A stretch of 34,123 bases of DNA from assembly GCA_015522395.1 (NCBI GenBank), contig WAMH01000071.1, positions 1-34,123 on the forward strand, read 5' to 3'. Positions 1 to 8,078 of this stretch are shown here, in pieces (the first letter of the stretch is position 1; each line of letters opens with the position of its first letter). The position numbers and the translations under genes are program-made. The notes beneath the pieces were generated by a model. It saw only the letters and a program-made list of their open reading frames with translations. It did not search any database and was not told the origin of the DNA. Source of the stretch: Thermococcus sp. GTDB taxonomy: Archaea; Methanobacteriota_B; Thermococci; Thermococcales; Thermococcaceae.

Positions 1-25
1 ACTATTAACTAAGTGAACCAAGAGG

Positions 26-566
26 ATGAGCAGGAGGAAGCTTCTGATGAGAAGGAGTGCAGTAACGATGGCCCGGTTCTTCTCTATGTGTACCCGGGGA
101 TTCGTTGTTACCTTTGCACTCTCTGGATTCGTCGCTTTGAGCGCCCATTACGGTGCTGGTTTAAGTGAGGTTCTTGTGCCCTGGTTCAGAGTGGGAGTCT
201 TCTTTGGAATTGCCTACGCGTACATCAACCTATCTCGAGTTCAGCAGGGAAAAGGCCAAGAAGGGAATGTCCTCCTGGGCCGCTGACAGATTGGCGTGGT
301 CGCTCGTGCCGTGGCTCTTACTGGACTCCCTTGTGGTTTTCGGGGTTATGATTCCGTTTGGGGGCTATGCCGGAGGTTCCTTGTACAACAAGTACGGAAT
401 CATCCTAAGTCTACTTGAGATGACCTTGGTCTCGTTCCTAAGCGGTGTGTTTAGAGGACTAATCTATGCTCGCATTGGACTTCCAGAAAAACCGGGTTTC
501 CTGTGTCTCAGGCTGGCGGAAAAGCTCGCGGGTAACGCCCACAGTCCGCCATCAAAACATTTATGA
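26..566 (+). pseudogene. Small membrane protein, apparently split by a +1 frameshift near 229-230 (alternatively two small ORFs, 26..286 and 267..566)
   Basis: Two overlapping hydrophobic ORFs. Removing one C at 229-230 joins ...GIAYAYIN to YLEFSREKAKKGMSSW... into one continuous protein of about 180 aa. No family recognised. Confidence 0.4.
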
Positions 567-597
567 AGCTCCCCTCAAACCTCAGCAGGGGAAAGTA

Positions 598-1530
598 ATG
601 CTCGAGGCAGCGCTCTGGGTAACGGCGATAGTCATTGGGCTAGTCCTGCTCGTCCTTTCGGGCGATAAACTGTCAGACAAGATAGTTGATGTTGCTAGGA
701 AGGCGGGTGTTTCCCCCCTCGTCATAAGCATCGTTCTCATAAGCCTTACCACGACCCTGCCCGAACTCCTGACCAGCGCCGTGGCGAGCTATCAGGGCCT
801 GACCGGAATGGCCCTTGGAAACGCCCTCGGAAGCATATTCGCCAACATCGCCCTCATCCTGGGTCTGGCGGCTACCATAAGGCCCCTGAAGGCCACGAAA
901 GCTGCCTACGAGAACTCCCTGGTCATGCTCGGCTCTTTTCTCCTCGTGATCGCCCTCTCCATCGACGGGACCCTCTCAAGGCTTGACGGGGCGATACTCC
1001 TCGGAACCTATGTCCTCTACCTCCGCTGGCTCCTCAAGAAAAACGCGAGGAGGGACCTGGACGTTGAGGGCACCGGACGCGCCACGGTTCTTGACTATGC
1101 CGTCCTGCTCACCCTCGGCCTGTTCCTTGTTCTGGGCGCGAAGCTCGTGGTCTACGGCGGAGCCAGCATAGCGGAGGCCCTCGGTATCTCTGAGTTCGTC
1201 ATAGGCGCCACTATCGTGGCGATAGGAACTTCCCTGCCGGAGATGACGAACGCGGTCTACGGTGCAATAAGAGAGCGCGGGAGCATAAGCATCGGCAACA
1301 TAATCGGGGCCGATATAATGAACGCCCTCGTCGTCCTCGGCGTTGCCTCTGTGATAAGACCCCTTCAGACGGGAGCCTCCATCCTGACGGTTTTACTGGT
1401 TCTGACGGTCATGCTCCCCATGGTGGCGTCGTTGAGGAAGACCCAGGGCCTCGGAAGGCCCATGGGGCTCTACTTCCTGGCCGTTTACTCGCTCTACCTT
1501 ATCCTGATGTTTTCAGGAGTGGAACTATGA
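598..1530 (+). CDS. Ca2+/cation (K+-dependent Na+/Ca2+) antiporter, CaCA/YrbG family
   Basis: Two alpha-repeats, TTTLPEL...GNALGS and GTSLPE...GNIIGA; multiple hydrophobic helices. Start moved to ATG 598 (MLEAALW). Confidence 0.9.
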   Translation: MLEAALWVTAIVIGLVLLVLSGDKLSDKIVDVARKAGVSPLVISIVLISLTTTLPELLTSAVASYQGLTGMALGNALGSIFANIALILGLAATIRPLKATKAAYENSLVMLGSFLLVIALSIDGTLSRLDGAILLGTYVLYLRWLLKKNARRDLDVEGTGRATVLDYAVLLTLGLFLVLGAKLVVYGGASIAEALGISEFVIGATIVAIGTSLPEMTNAVYGAIRERGSISIGNIIGADIMNALVVLGVASVIRPLQTGASILTVLLVLTVMLPMVASLRKTQGLGRPMGLYFLAVYSLYLILMFSGVEL

Positions 1531-1535
1531 GAACT

Positions 1536-1550
1536 CCAAAGTTTTTTAAA
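1536..1550 (+). promoter_or_regulatory. BRE/TATA-like promoter of the HIT gene
   Basis: CCAAAGTTTTTTAAA about 20-30 nt before the GTG start, followed by a C-rich tract as at other promoters in this window. Confidence 0.5.
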
Positions 1551-1570
1551 GCTCCCTCCAACTTTCCCCG

Positions 1571-2071
1571 GTGGTGAAAGTGAAGGTCCTGTGGGCACCC
1601 TGGAGGATAGAGTACATACGCTCACCGAAGCACGAGGGCTGCATATTCTGCGACTTCCCGAAGGAGAACCGCGACAGGGAGAGGCTGATCCTCTACAGGG
1701 GAAAGAAGGCCTTCGTTATAATGAACAACTACCCATACAACCCCGGCCACGTCATGGTCGTCCCCTACAGGCACGTCGCGAATTGGGAAGATCTGACCGA
1801 CGGAGAACTTCTTGAGATAATGAAGCTCACCCAGCTTATGATAAAGGCGATAAAGAGGGCCATGAATCCGGACGGCTTTAACCTCGGGGTCAACCTAGGC
1901 CGCGTTGCCGGCGCCGGAATCGACAGTCACGTCCACCTCCACATCGTCCCTCGCTGGAACGGAGACACGAACTTCATGCCTGTAGTAGCTGACACCAAGG
2001 TCATCCCCGAGTCCCTTCAGGAGGCCTACGATGAACTCAAGAGGGCGATAGAGGAGGTTGATGGAAGCTAA
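1571..2071 (+). CDS. HIT family nucleotide hydrolase (Ap4A hydrolase/phosphorylase-like)
   Basis: Histidine triad HVHLHIVPRW, N-terminal APWRxEYI and CIFC, NxYPYNPGH. Confidence 0.9.
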   Translation: MVKVKVLWAPWRIEYIRSPKHEGCIFCDFPKENRDRERLILYRGKKAFVIMNNYPYNPGHVMVVPYRHVANWEDLTDGELLEIMKLTQLMIKAIKRAMNPDGFNLGVNLGRVAGAGIDSHVHLHIVPRWNGDTNFMPVVADTKVIPESLQEAYDELKRAIEEVDGS

Positions 2072-2754
2072 AGCCTCTCTGCCTTTATCCTGAACTTTTT
2101 GTTGAGGGGGATTCCCTCAAAGACCTCTTTTCCCAGCTCCAGTAGGGGCACATCTGACTCTATGACCGACTCGTTCGTGCCGTGCCTGACCCTGAGCTCC
2201 CTCAGTATTCCGTCCCGAACCTTTACCGCAAGGTAAGTTCCGTCATCCGCCCAGCCTTCTAGGGTAAAGTCTTTTCCCATCTCCATCGCAACCCTCTTGA
2301 CAAGTGCTGGGGCTGTTTCAGGCGTTATGCGTTCAACCTCGCCCTCGCTTCCGTGGAGTTTAACCAGGGGGCACGTCATCGAGGAGCAGAACTCCCTTAT
2401 TGCCTCAGCGATGCCCCTTGCGAAATTTTCCAGCGGTTTTCCCATCAGTGCCTCCCCAAAGCCGGCCCAGCTCGCCGTCACCCTCAGTTTCTTTCTGGAC
2501 ATGCAAAACGTGACGGTTAGAATGCCCCTCTTCCCGTGGAAGGTGTAGATAACCTCCTCCCTCCCAACGCCGACGTCAAGCTCGAACTCGTAGCCGAAGT
2601 TGAAGATGAACCTCGGGACTTTAAAGCGAACTCTATCCCCATCCATACCCTCAAAGTACGGAAAGAACGGAAGGGCCTTCTCCGGCTCGCTGAGGATTAA
2701 AACAAGGGTCTCCCATCCATAGTAGACCTCAACTTCCCATGTTCTGGTTTTCAT
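2068..2754 (-). CDS. Hypothetical protein; N-terminal half possibly SRPBCC/START-like
   Basis: ORF with host-like codons; SD GGTGGAGG before ATG 2754. The fold guess rests only on the LxxILSEP...LP pattern. Confidence 0.7.
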   Translation of the reverse strand: MKTRTWEVEVYYGWETLVLILSEPEKALPFFPYFEGMDGDRVRFKVPRFIFNFGYEFELDVGVGREEVIYTFHGKRGILTVTFCMSRKKLRVTASWAGFGEALMGKPLENFARGIAEAIREFCSSMTCPLVKLHGSEGEVERITPETAPALVKRVAMEMGKDFTLEGWADDGTYLAVKVRDGILRELRVRHGTNESVIESDVPLLELGKEVFEGIPLNKKFRIKAERL

Positions 2755-2813
2755 TTCCTCCACCATCTAAAAATCGAGAAAGGTCGCAGAAAAGCGTTTC
2801 TTAAACCGTTGGT

Positions 2814-3551
2814 TTAAAACTCAGCTAATGCCTTCCACCTTTCCTTGGTTCTCTTCCAGCAACCGGGTGGCATCAGCTCACCCTCGGGACAGTAGCCGAG
2901 CTGTATACAGCGTGGCCCGAGCCTCGCCCACTTTATCACGGGCCTCAGCTCCTCGTTCTTCGCCATCTCCTCGAGCATCTTCCATGCAACTTCTCGAATC
3001 TCCCACTGCGCTCGCTCGCAGGCCCTCAAACCGAGGAAGTGCTTCAGCTCGCGGAGGTTCATAGTGACGACGATTTTTGTCCTCACCGCCTGGGGCAGGA
3101 TGAAGCGCGCATCCTCCTGGTGAATTCCCGCTCTGAAGGTTTCATCGTAGAGTTCAATGGCCTCTCGCATGAGCTTTCTCCACTTTTCGTAGAGCCCTGG
3201 ATTTTCTTTCACGCTCTCAGGAATCACAAAGGTCCCCTCCACATCATCTGGGTTCAATTTTATGTAACGCTGTGATTGTTGGGTATAGCTTGCTATTCTA
3301 TGACGGACGAGTTGGTGCGAACATACGCGAGAACAGCCTTCTACCGCGAATGTCAGCGTCGCGTGTTCCAGAATCGACTCGTGGCCGTAGCCGAGGACCC
3401 TCGGCAGGTGCATCTCGACGTCACTCTCCCCAATCATCTCAAAGGCCTCGCTCTCCCAGCCTTCCCAGTAGCTTATTAACGCCGCCCATGTGACAGTTTC
3501 GAGCGGTTTTCTTGTATAATTGACGAGCCTGACCCTTATCCCACTCCCCAT
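2814..3551 (-). CDS. thyX: FAD-dependent thymidylate synthase
   Basis: ThyX signature RHRIASYTQQSQRY, GHESILEH, EDARFILP, RAQWEIR. Start at ATG 3551 after GGTGG. Confidence 0.95.
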   Translation of the reverse strand: MGSGIRVRLVNYTRKPLETVTWAALISYWEGWESEAFEMIGESDVEMHLPRVLGYGHESILEHATLTFAVEGCSRVCSHQLVRHRIASYTQQSQRYIKLNPDDVEGTFVIPESVKENPGLYEKWRKLMREAIELYDETFRAGIHQEDARFILPQAVRTKIVVTMNLRELKHFLGLRACERAQWEIREVAWKMLEEMAKNEELRPVIKWARLGPRCIQLGYCPEGELMPPGCWKRTKERWKALAEF

Positions 3552-3633
3552 CAGCGCCACCGGGTAAAGAAGAGGCCCTCCTTTATTACGCTTTTCCCAT
3601 CCAAATGGAAGGGATGTAAGAGACGAATAGTCT

Positions 3634-4188
3634 TCACTCGCCGGTTTCCACCGGGCGCTGGGCCTGAATCTCCGGAGCACCGGGGAGAACCTCGGGAAGC
3701 CCAAAGAAAGCCATGATCTCAAAGATAGCACCGAGCAGTATGAAGAAGTATCCCACGAGGAACAGGCTCAGAACGGCACCGATGAGATACATGAGCGCCG
3801 CTGTGTGGAAGTTGCCAACTCCCGTTGCCTCTGTTATGGCGTCGTAGCTCCTCTTCATGAACCAGACGCCAATTATCATAATGATGGTGCCGACGAAGAG
3901 CCAGTCGCCGAACTGGGAGAGCAGCTTCTCGAGCTCTGCCGGGTTGTGCATGACCCCCTCGTACTTGCTTAGCATGTCGTAAAACGCCCACGAGAAGATG
4001 AAGCTCGCCGTTATGTTGAGCAGGGCCGCCCAAGTGTAGTCCCTAAATATCTTGAGTCTCCCCGTGGCTTCAGCTATCTCCTTGACCGCGAAAAGCTTGA
4101 GGACGAAGCCTATGAAATACGTCATGTAGAAGAGGCTGAAAATCGCCCCCAGCCCACCCCACGTTCTTGCAGTTTTAAGGTTTGCCAT
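3634..4188 (-). CDS. DUF996-like membrane protein
   Basis: AxxxGGxGAI N-terminus, LKLxAVKEIA, four hydrophobic segments, FEIxAFxxLPE end; SD GGTGA before ATG 4188. Confidence 0.75.
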   Translation of the reverse strand: MANLKTARTWGGLGAIFSLFYMTYFIGFVLKLFAVKEIAEATGRLKIFRDYTWAALLNITASFIFSWAFYDMLSKYEGVMHNPAELEKLLSQFGDWLFVGTIIMIIGVWFMKRSYDAITEATGVGNFHTAALMYLIGAVLSLFLVGYFFILLGAIFEIMAFFGLPEVLPGAPEIQAQRPVETGE

Positions 4189-4258
4189 GTGCATCACCGC
4201 ACACTTTACAACACGGCAGGTTATAAAAGTTACTGAGATACCCAAAAGCGTGCACATA

Positions 4259-4759
4259 TTACTCCTCTCTGATCCCAGCACTCTCCGGAAGTGAGAGGAA
4301 AGCCAATATCTCAAAAGCCGCCGCGACGAAGATGAGCGCAAAGCCTATCATAACTAGACTGAGTATCCCACCGAAGAAGTAGAGCTTACCCGTGATGTGG
4401 AACCTCTCAACCCCCGTTTCTCCAGCTATGTCTGAGTAACTTTCCTTCAGGAACCAGCTCCCAACTATCATCAGGAGCGCCGCCAGAAAGGTTCCCACCC
4501 CTATCGTTTCAAAGGCCATTCCCGGTGTTGCGGGTGGATTAAACCAGTAATCGATGAACACTCCGGTGAGGATCAGGCTTGACGCTATCCAAAGTACGGC
4601 CGCCCACAGGTACTTCTTCAAGATCTCTTCCCTGCCTGTTTTAACAGCAATATCCTTCACCGCCAGGAGCTTCAGGATGAATCCGATGAAACCGACTCCG
4701 GCAAGCGTCAGCACCGCCCCGATACCTCCAAGAAGCTTCGCGTTCTTCATTCGTCCCAT
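4259..4759 (-). CDS. DUF996-like membrane protein (tandem paralog)
   Basis: Same motifs as its neighbour (KNAKLLGGIGA, LKLLAVKDIA, FEILAFLSLPE); SD GGTGAG. Confidence 0.75.
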   Translation of the reverse strand: MGRMKNAKLLGGIGAVLTLAGVGFIGFILKLLAVKDIAVKTGREEILKKYLWAAVLWIASSLILTGVFIDYWFNPPATPGMAFETIGVGTFLAALLMIVGSWFLKESYSDIAGETGVERFHITGKLYFFGGILSLVMIGFALIFVAAAFEILAFLSLPESAGIREE

Positions 4760-4878
4760 AAACTCACCGTAGAAGTTTTAACACTAGGGTATAAAAAGGT
4801 TCATCGATAGTCGTTACATTTGGAAAGTCTCTCCTCAAAAATCCTCAAAAGCCTTCGCTTTCTCTTCCCTACTTCCGA

Positions 4879-4895
4879 CGAAAGGGTTATTAAAA
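4879..4895 (+). promoter_or_regulatory. BRE/TATA promoter of argF
   Basis: CGAAAGGGTTATTAAAA about 30 nt upstream of ATG 4925. Confidence 0.55.
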
Positions 4896-4924
4896 CCGCC
4901 GTCGAGGAATTTTCGGTGATGCAC

Positions 4925-5872
4925 ATGGTGGTTAGCCTTGCCGGAAGGGATATGCTCTGCCTCCAGGATTACACGAGGGAGGAGATTGAGACCATTCTGA
5001 AGACGGCCGAGATGATGAAGATCTGGAACAAAATCGGAAAGCCGCACCGCGTTCTTGAGGGGAAGACGCTCGGCATGATATTCCAGAAGCCCTCCACGAG
5101 AACGAGGGTTTCCTTCGAGGTCGGCATTTATCAGCTCGGTGGCTACGGCCTCTACCTCAACGCCCAAGACCTTCAGCTCCGCAGGGGAGAGACGATAGCC
5201 GACACCGCGAGGGTTCTGAGCAGGTACGTCGATGGTCTGGTTGCGAGGGTTTACGCGCACAAGGACGTTGAAGATCTCGCCAAGTACGGTAGCGTCCCGG
5301 TGATAAACGCCCTCAGCGACTTCTCCCACCCGTGCCAGGCTTTAGCGGACTACCAGACCATACTCGAGAAAAAGGGCAGGATTCAGGGCCTTAAGGTCGT
5401 CTACGTTGGAGACGGAAACAACGTCGCCCACTCCCTCATGATTGCCGGAACAAAGCTCGGTGCCCACGTTGTAGTTGCAACCCCAGAGGGCTACGAGCCT
5501 GACGAGAGGGTTATCAAGTGGGCCGAGCAGAACGCCGCCGAGAGCGGTGGAAGCTTTGAACTCCTCCATGACCCGGTTAAGGCTGTTAAAGACGCGGACG
5601 TTATCTACACCGACGTCTGGGCGAGCATGGGACAGGAAGCTGAGGCCGAGGAGAGGAGGAAGATATTCAAGCCCTTCCAGGTCAACAGGGAACTCGTCAA
5701 GCACGCCAAGCCGGACTACATCTTCATGCACTGCCTCCCGGCCCACAGGGGCGAGGAGGTCACAGACGACGTCGTTGACAGCCCGAACAGCGTCGTCTTC
5801 GACGAGGCCGAGAACAGGCTTCACGCCCAGAAGGCCCTGCTGGCCCTCGTCATGGGTGGGATAAAGGTCTGA
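4925..5872 (+). CDS. argF: Ornithine carbamoyltransferase
   Basis: STRTR carbamoyl-phosphate motif, HPCQ, DVWASMG, HCLP; 315 aa from MVVSLAGRD. Confidence 0.97.
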   Translation: MVVSLAGRDMLCLQDYTREEIETILKTAEMMKIWNKIGKPHRVLEGKTLGMIFQKPSTRTRVSFEVGIYQLGGYGLYLNAQDLQLRRGETIADTARVLSRYVDGLVARVYAHKDVEDLAKYGSVPVINALSDFSHPCQALADYQTILEKKGRIQGLKVVYVGDGNNVAHSLMIAGTKLGAHVVVATPEGYEPDERVIKWAEQNAAESGGSFELLHDPVKAVKDADVIYTDVWASMGQEAEAEERRKIFKPFQVNRELVKHAKPDYIFMHCLPAHRGEEVTDDVVDSPNSVVFDEAENRLHAQKALLALVMGGIKV

Positions 5873-5875
5873 GGG

Positions 5876-5902
5876 TTTTTCTCATTCACTTTGTTTCCCT
5901 TC
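5876..5902 (+). terminator. Oligo-T/pyrimidine terminator after argF
   Basis: T-run followed by CTCATTCACTTTGTTTCCCTT directly after the stop codon. Confidence 0.55.
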
Positions 5903-5918
5903 TAATACCTGGCCTGCC

Positions 5919-6033
5919 CTGAAAGCCCATCTTCATAGAGGGTGCGGTTTATGAAAGTCGATTTTCATAAAAGCGGCGATTTATGAAAGTGGGCTTTCAT
6001 AACTTGGGCTTTCTGTGAAAGTGGACTTTCACA
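5919..6033. repeat. Array of four 18-bp imperfect palindromes (consensus ATGAAAG-N4-CTTTCAT) at a 32-bp period
   Basis: Units start at 5919 CTGAAAGCCCATCTTCAT, 5951 ATGAAAGTCGATTTTCAT, 5983 ATGAAAGTGGGCTTTCAT and 6015 GTGAAAGTGGACTTTCAC, separated by 14-bp variable spacers. Confidence 0.9.
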
Positions 6034-6044
6034 AACGGCGAATC

Positions 6045-6106
6045 TTTTAAACCCATCAACTCGGAACATGCTCGAAAAGATCTTTGCGGGGCGCTATTCC
6101 ACCTAA
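6045..6106 (+). pseudogene. Remnant duplicate of the rsmB/NOP promoter and first 12 codons
   Basis: TTTTAAACC..CAT.CAAC..CGG..CATGCTCGAAAAG matches 8051-8090. Encodes MLEKIFAGRYST* versus MLEKLFSLGYSK of the intact gene. Confidence 0.7.
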
Positions 6107-6211
6107 TCTTTTTTGTCCATTCGGATTTGCCTTCTGGTAGCATAAAGGTTAATCTCTTCTCTTCAATCCCCACCAACCTCCAAGAACCCCCATGGGGTTG
6201 AAGGTGAAACT

Positions 6212-6230
6212 GGAGAAAAAAGGAAAAGGC
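6212..6230 (-). terminator. Oligo-T terminator of the lipoprotein gene
   Basis: Minus strand reads CCTTTTCCTTTTTTCTCC shortly after the stop at 6243. Confidence 0.55.
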
Positions 6231-6242
6231 TCACAATTACTC

Positions 6243-7985
6243 TCAGGCCCACTCGAAGGTAGCGCCACCCCAACTGGGGATAATTGCGTACGTCAGGTAG
6301 TACATTCGGGGGAAGTACCCCCTGTAAAAGGCCCTTTCGTTGTTTCCAACTGCCAAGTAAACCACCGAACTCTCGTTCCACGGGTTTCTGAAGACCTCAA
6401 AGACCTCCAGCTCGCCTGTGTAAGTTTCCCCGCTTGGCCTGCTGTAGAACCTGCTCCCGTTTACCGTGACGAGAGCGTTCTCGTTGAGTTCTTTGAGCAG
6501 GGAGCTGGTAGAGTAGAGAACCAGCATCAGGTTGCCTTTGAGTTCTTCCTCTGTGAGGTTTGAGACGGGTTTCAGGGTTGCGTTGATGCCGAGGCTCAAA
6601 AGCCAGTGGCACTCGTTCTCGGCAACCCTGCGCGAGTAGCTTTCGGGACTGTATGCAACGATTGCACCAGTTGAGTTGGCCCGTTTGAGGAAGTCGTAAA
6701 CCGTTATCGGGGGTTCAACTCCCTTTCCCCCGTCGGTCTCGTTGTAAACCTCCCCGACAACCTTCGCAAGTTTAGGCATGAAATCGGTGTAGTTCCTGTA
6801 AACGTCCCTGTGCTTCATGTAGTCGTTGACGTAGGCGTTGTAGATTTCTTTGATGAAGTAGAAGGACACGCTGTACATACCGAGCTTCCTTTTGGCCTCT
6901 TCCCCGCTGCCCGTGACGCTGAGGTAGTAGGCCTCGACGGCCCTGACGAATGTTTCGTAGAGCATTATCCTGAAGTTTGTGTATGCCATCATGGAGAGCT
7001 TTTCTCTGACTGGGTCGTAGAGGGACTCATAGGGCTGGAAGAGGCTGTAATACTTGTCCACCGCCGGGTTCACGAAACTGTGGGCGAACTCGTGCACGAG
7101 GAAAGTTATTCCAGTATTTGAGATATGGACTACCGGAACGCCGTCCCTAACGTAATTAAATCCCAGAAACGCGTAGACGTACTTGCCCCCGTTTCTGTTC
7201 ATGGGGATACCAAATCCATGTCTGGATATTAACGTAAGGGGAACTATCATCCAGGAGGAAGCGTTTTCGCCGAAGAAGCTCTCCTCGAACCGGGTCACGT
7301 TGAGGATTGTTTCACCGTTTCCCTCCTCGAACTGGCGAAGGGTTTCGTTGTAGAACGTCCTGTGCTCGTTGTAGAACTTCCAGAAGTCTGTCTCGTTTGC
7401 GAACCGGGCAACCGCCCCCGCGAACTCGTCGAGCAAGGTGGTGTTTAGCCACGGCCTGTACCGAAGCATGTCGCTCCAGTTCATAGCTTTCGAAAAGTTA
7501 ACCGGGTTCAGATGAAGGGCGAACTCCGGGATGGCATCGTAGGCAACCCCCTCCTCGACCATCATCGGGACCATCCTTACCGCGGTGGCGTTTGTGTAGT
7601 TCCCGAAGTACTTGGAGACGTCTCTCATGTATGGGTAATTGTATGGGCTTGCCCCCACAAGGTAGGGACTGACCCTTTCCTGATACCACGTTGGGTTGGC
7701 GATGAAGTAGATTATCTGGATTAGTTCAACGCGCGGGTCAATCTCAAGGTGAACCCTGGGGGAGAGGTTTCCCTCAACCGGGGTGAAGTCCACCTGTGTG
7801 GATGAGGAAACGTTCGAAGCGTTCACTGGGAAGCCCCGGGAATGAGTAACGTTGGGATGATCCTGTGGAGAATACGTCGTTGAGGTTGATGGTTGGTGTG
7901 TGGGCGATGTTGTCGGCGTCGAGCCAAGGCATCCGCTCACGAGAACGAGAATTCCTATCACCACCAAGGCGAGGAGTTTCTTCAT
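6243..7985 (-). CDS. Surface lipoprotein, DUF4932-like putative Zn-metallopeptidase with S-layer-like C-terminal domain
   Basis: Lipobox LVSGC, Ser/Thr/Pro linker, IDPRVEL start of domain, HEFAH (HExxH) with downstream YETFVRA, many N-x-S/T sequons. Confidence 0.75.
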   Translation of the reverse strand: MKKLLALVVIGILVLVSGCLGSTPTTSPTHQPSTSTTYSPQDHPNVTHSRGFPVNASNVSSSTQVDFTPVEGNLSPRVHLEIDPRVELIQIIYFIANPTWYQERVSPYLVGASPYNYPYMRDVSKYFGNYTNATAVRMVPMMVEEGVAYDAIPEFALHLNPVNFSKAMNWSDMLRYRPWLNTTLLDEFAGAVARFANETDFWKFYNEHRTFYNETLRQFEEGNGETILNVTRFEESFFGENASSWMIVPLTLISRHGFGIPMNRNGGKYVYAFLGFNYVRDGVPVVHISNTGITFLVHEFAHSFVNPAVDKYYSLFQPYESLYDPVREKLSMMAYTNFRIMLYETFVRAVEAYYLSVTGSGEEAKRKLGMYSVSFYFIKEIYNAYVNDYMKHRDVYRNYTDFMPKLAKVVGEVYNETDGGKGVEPPITVYDFLKRANSTGAIVAYSPESYSRRVAENECHWLLSLGINATLKPVSNLTEEELKGNLMLVLYSTSSLLKELNENALVTVNGSRFYSRPSGETYTGELEVFEVFRNPWNESSVVYLAVGNNERAFYRGYFPRMYYLTYAIIPSWGGATFEWA

Positions 7986-8078
7986 TTCTATCCCCTTCCC
8001 TACTTCCCAATGACCGAAGTTAAAAAATTATGGACCTCGAAGCGCAGGTATTTTAAACCTCCCATTCAACCGGTTATC

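Noticed and set aside
22-68. Possible C/D box sRNA (AGGATGA...CTGATGA)
   Set aside because: No terminal D box, no recognisable guide target, and it overlaps a plausible CDS start.
3552-3731. N-terminal extensions in the ORF track (thyX; also CaCA, argF, rsmB, nhaP, SNF)
   Set aside because: They run through promoters or neighbouring genes; SD position and family motifs point to the downstream starts.
4185-4928. Identical CGGTGATGCACATGG at the starts of argF and the DUF996-like gene (opposite strands)
   Set aside because: Largely explained by the common GGTGA SD, spacer and ATG.
5919-6033. Palindrome array as a CRISPR array
   Set aside because: 18-bp repeats and 14-bp spacers are far too short, the repeats are not identical, and there is no leader or cas gene.
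6149-6210. Imperfect inverted repeat (CTTCAATCCCCA/TGGGGTTGAAG) and 14-aa minus-strand mini-ORF
   Set aside because: Too short and imperfect to support a call; possibly debris from the insertion.
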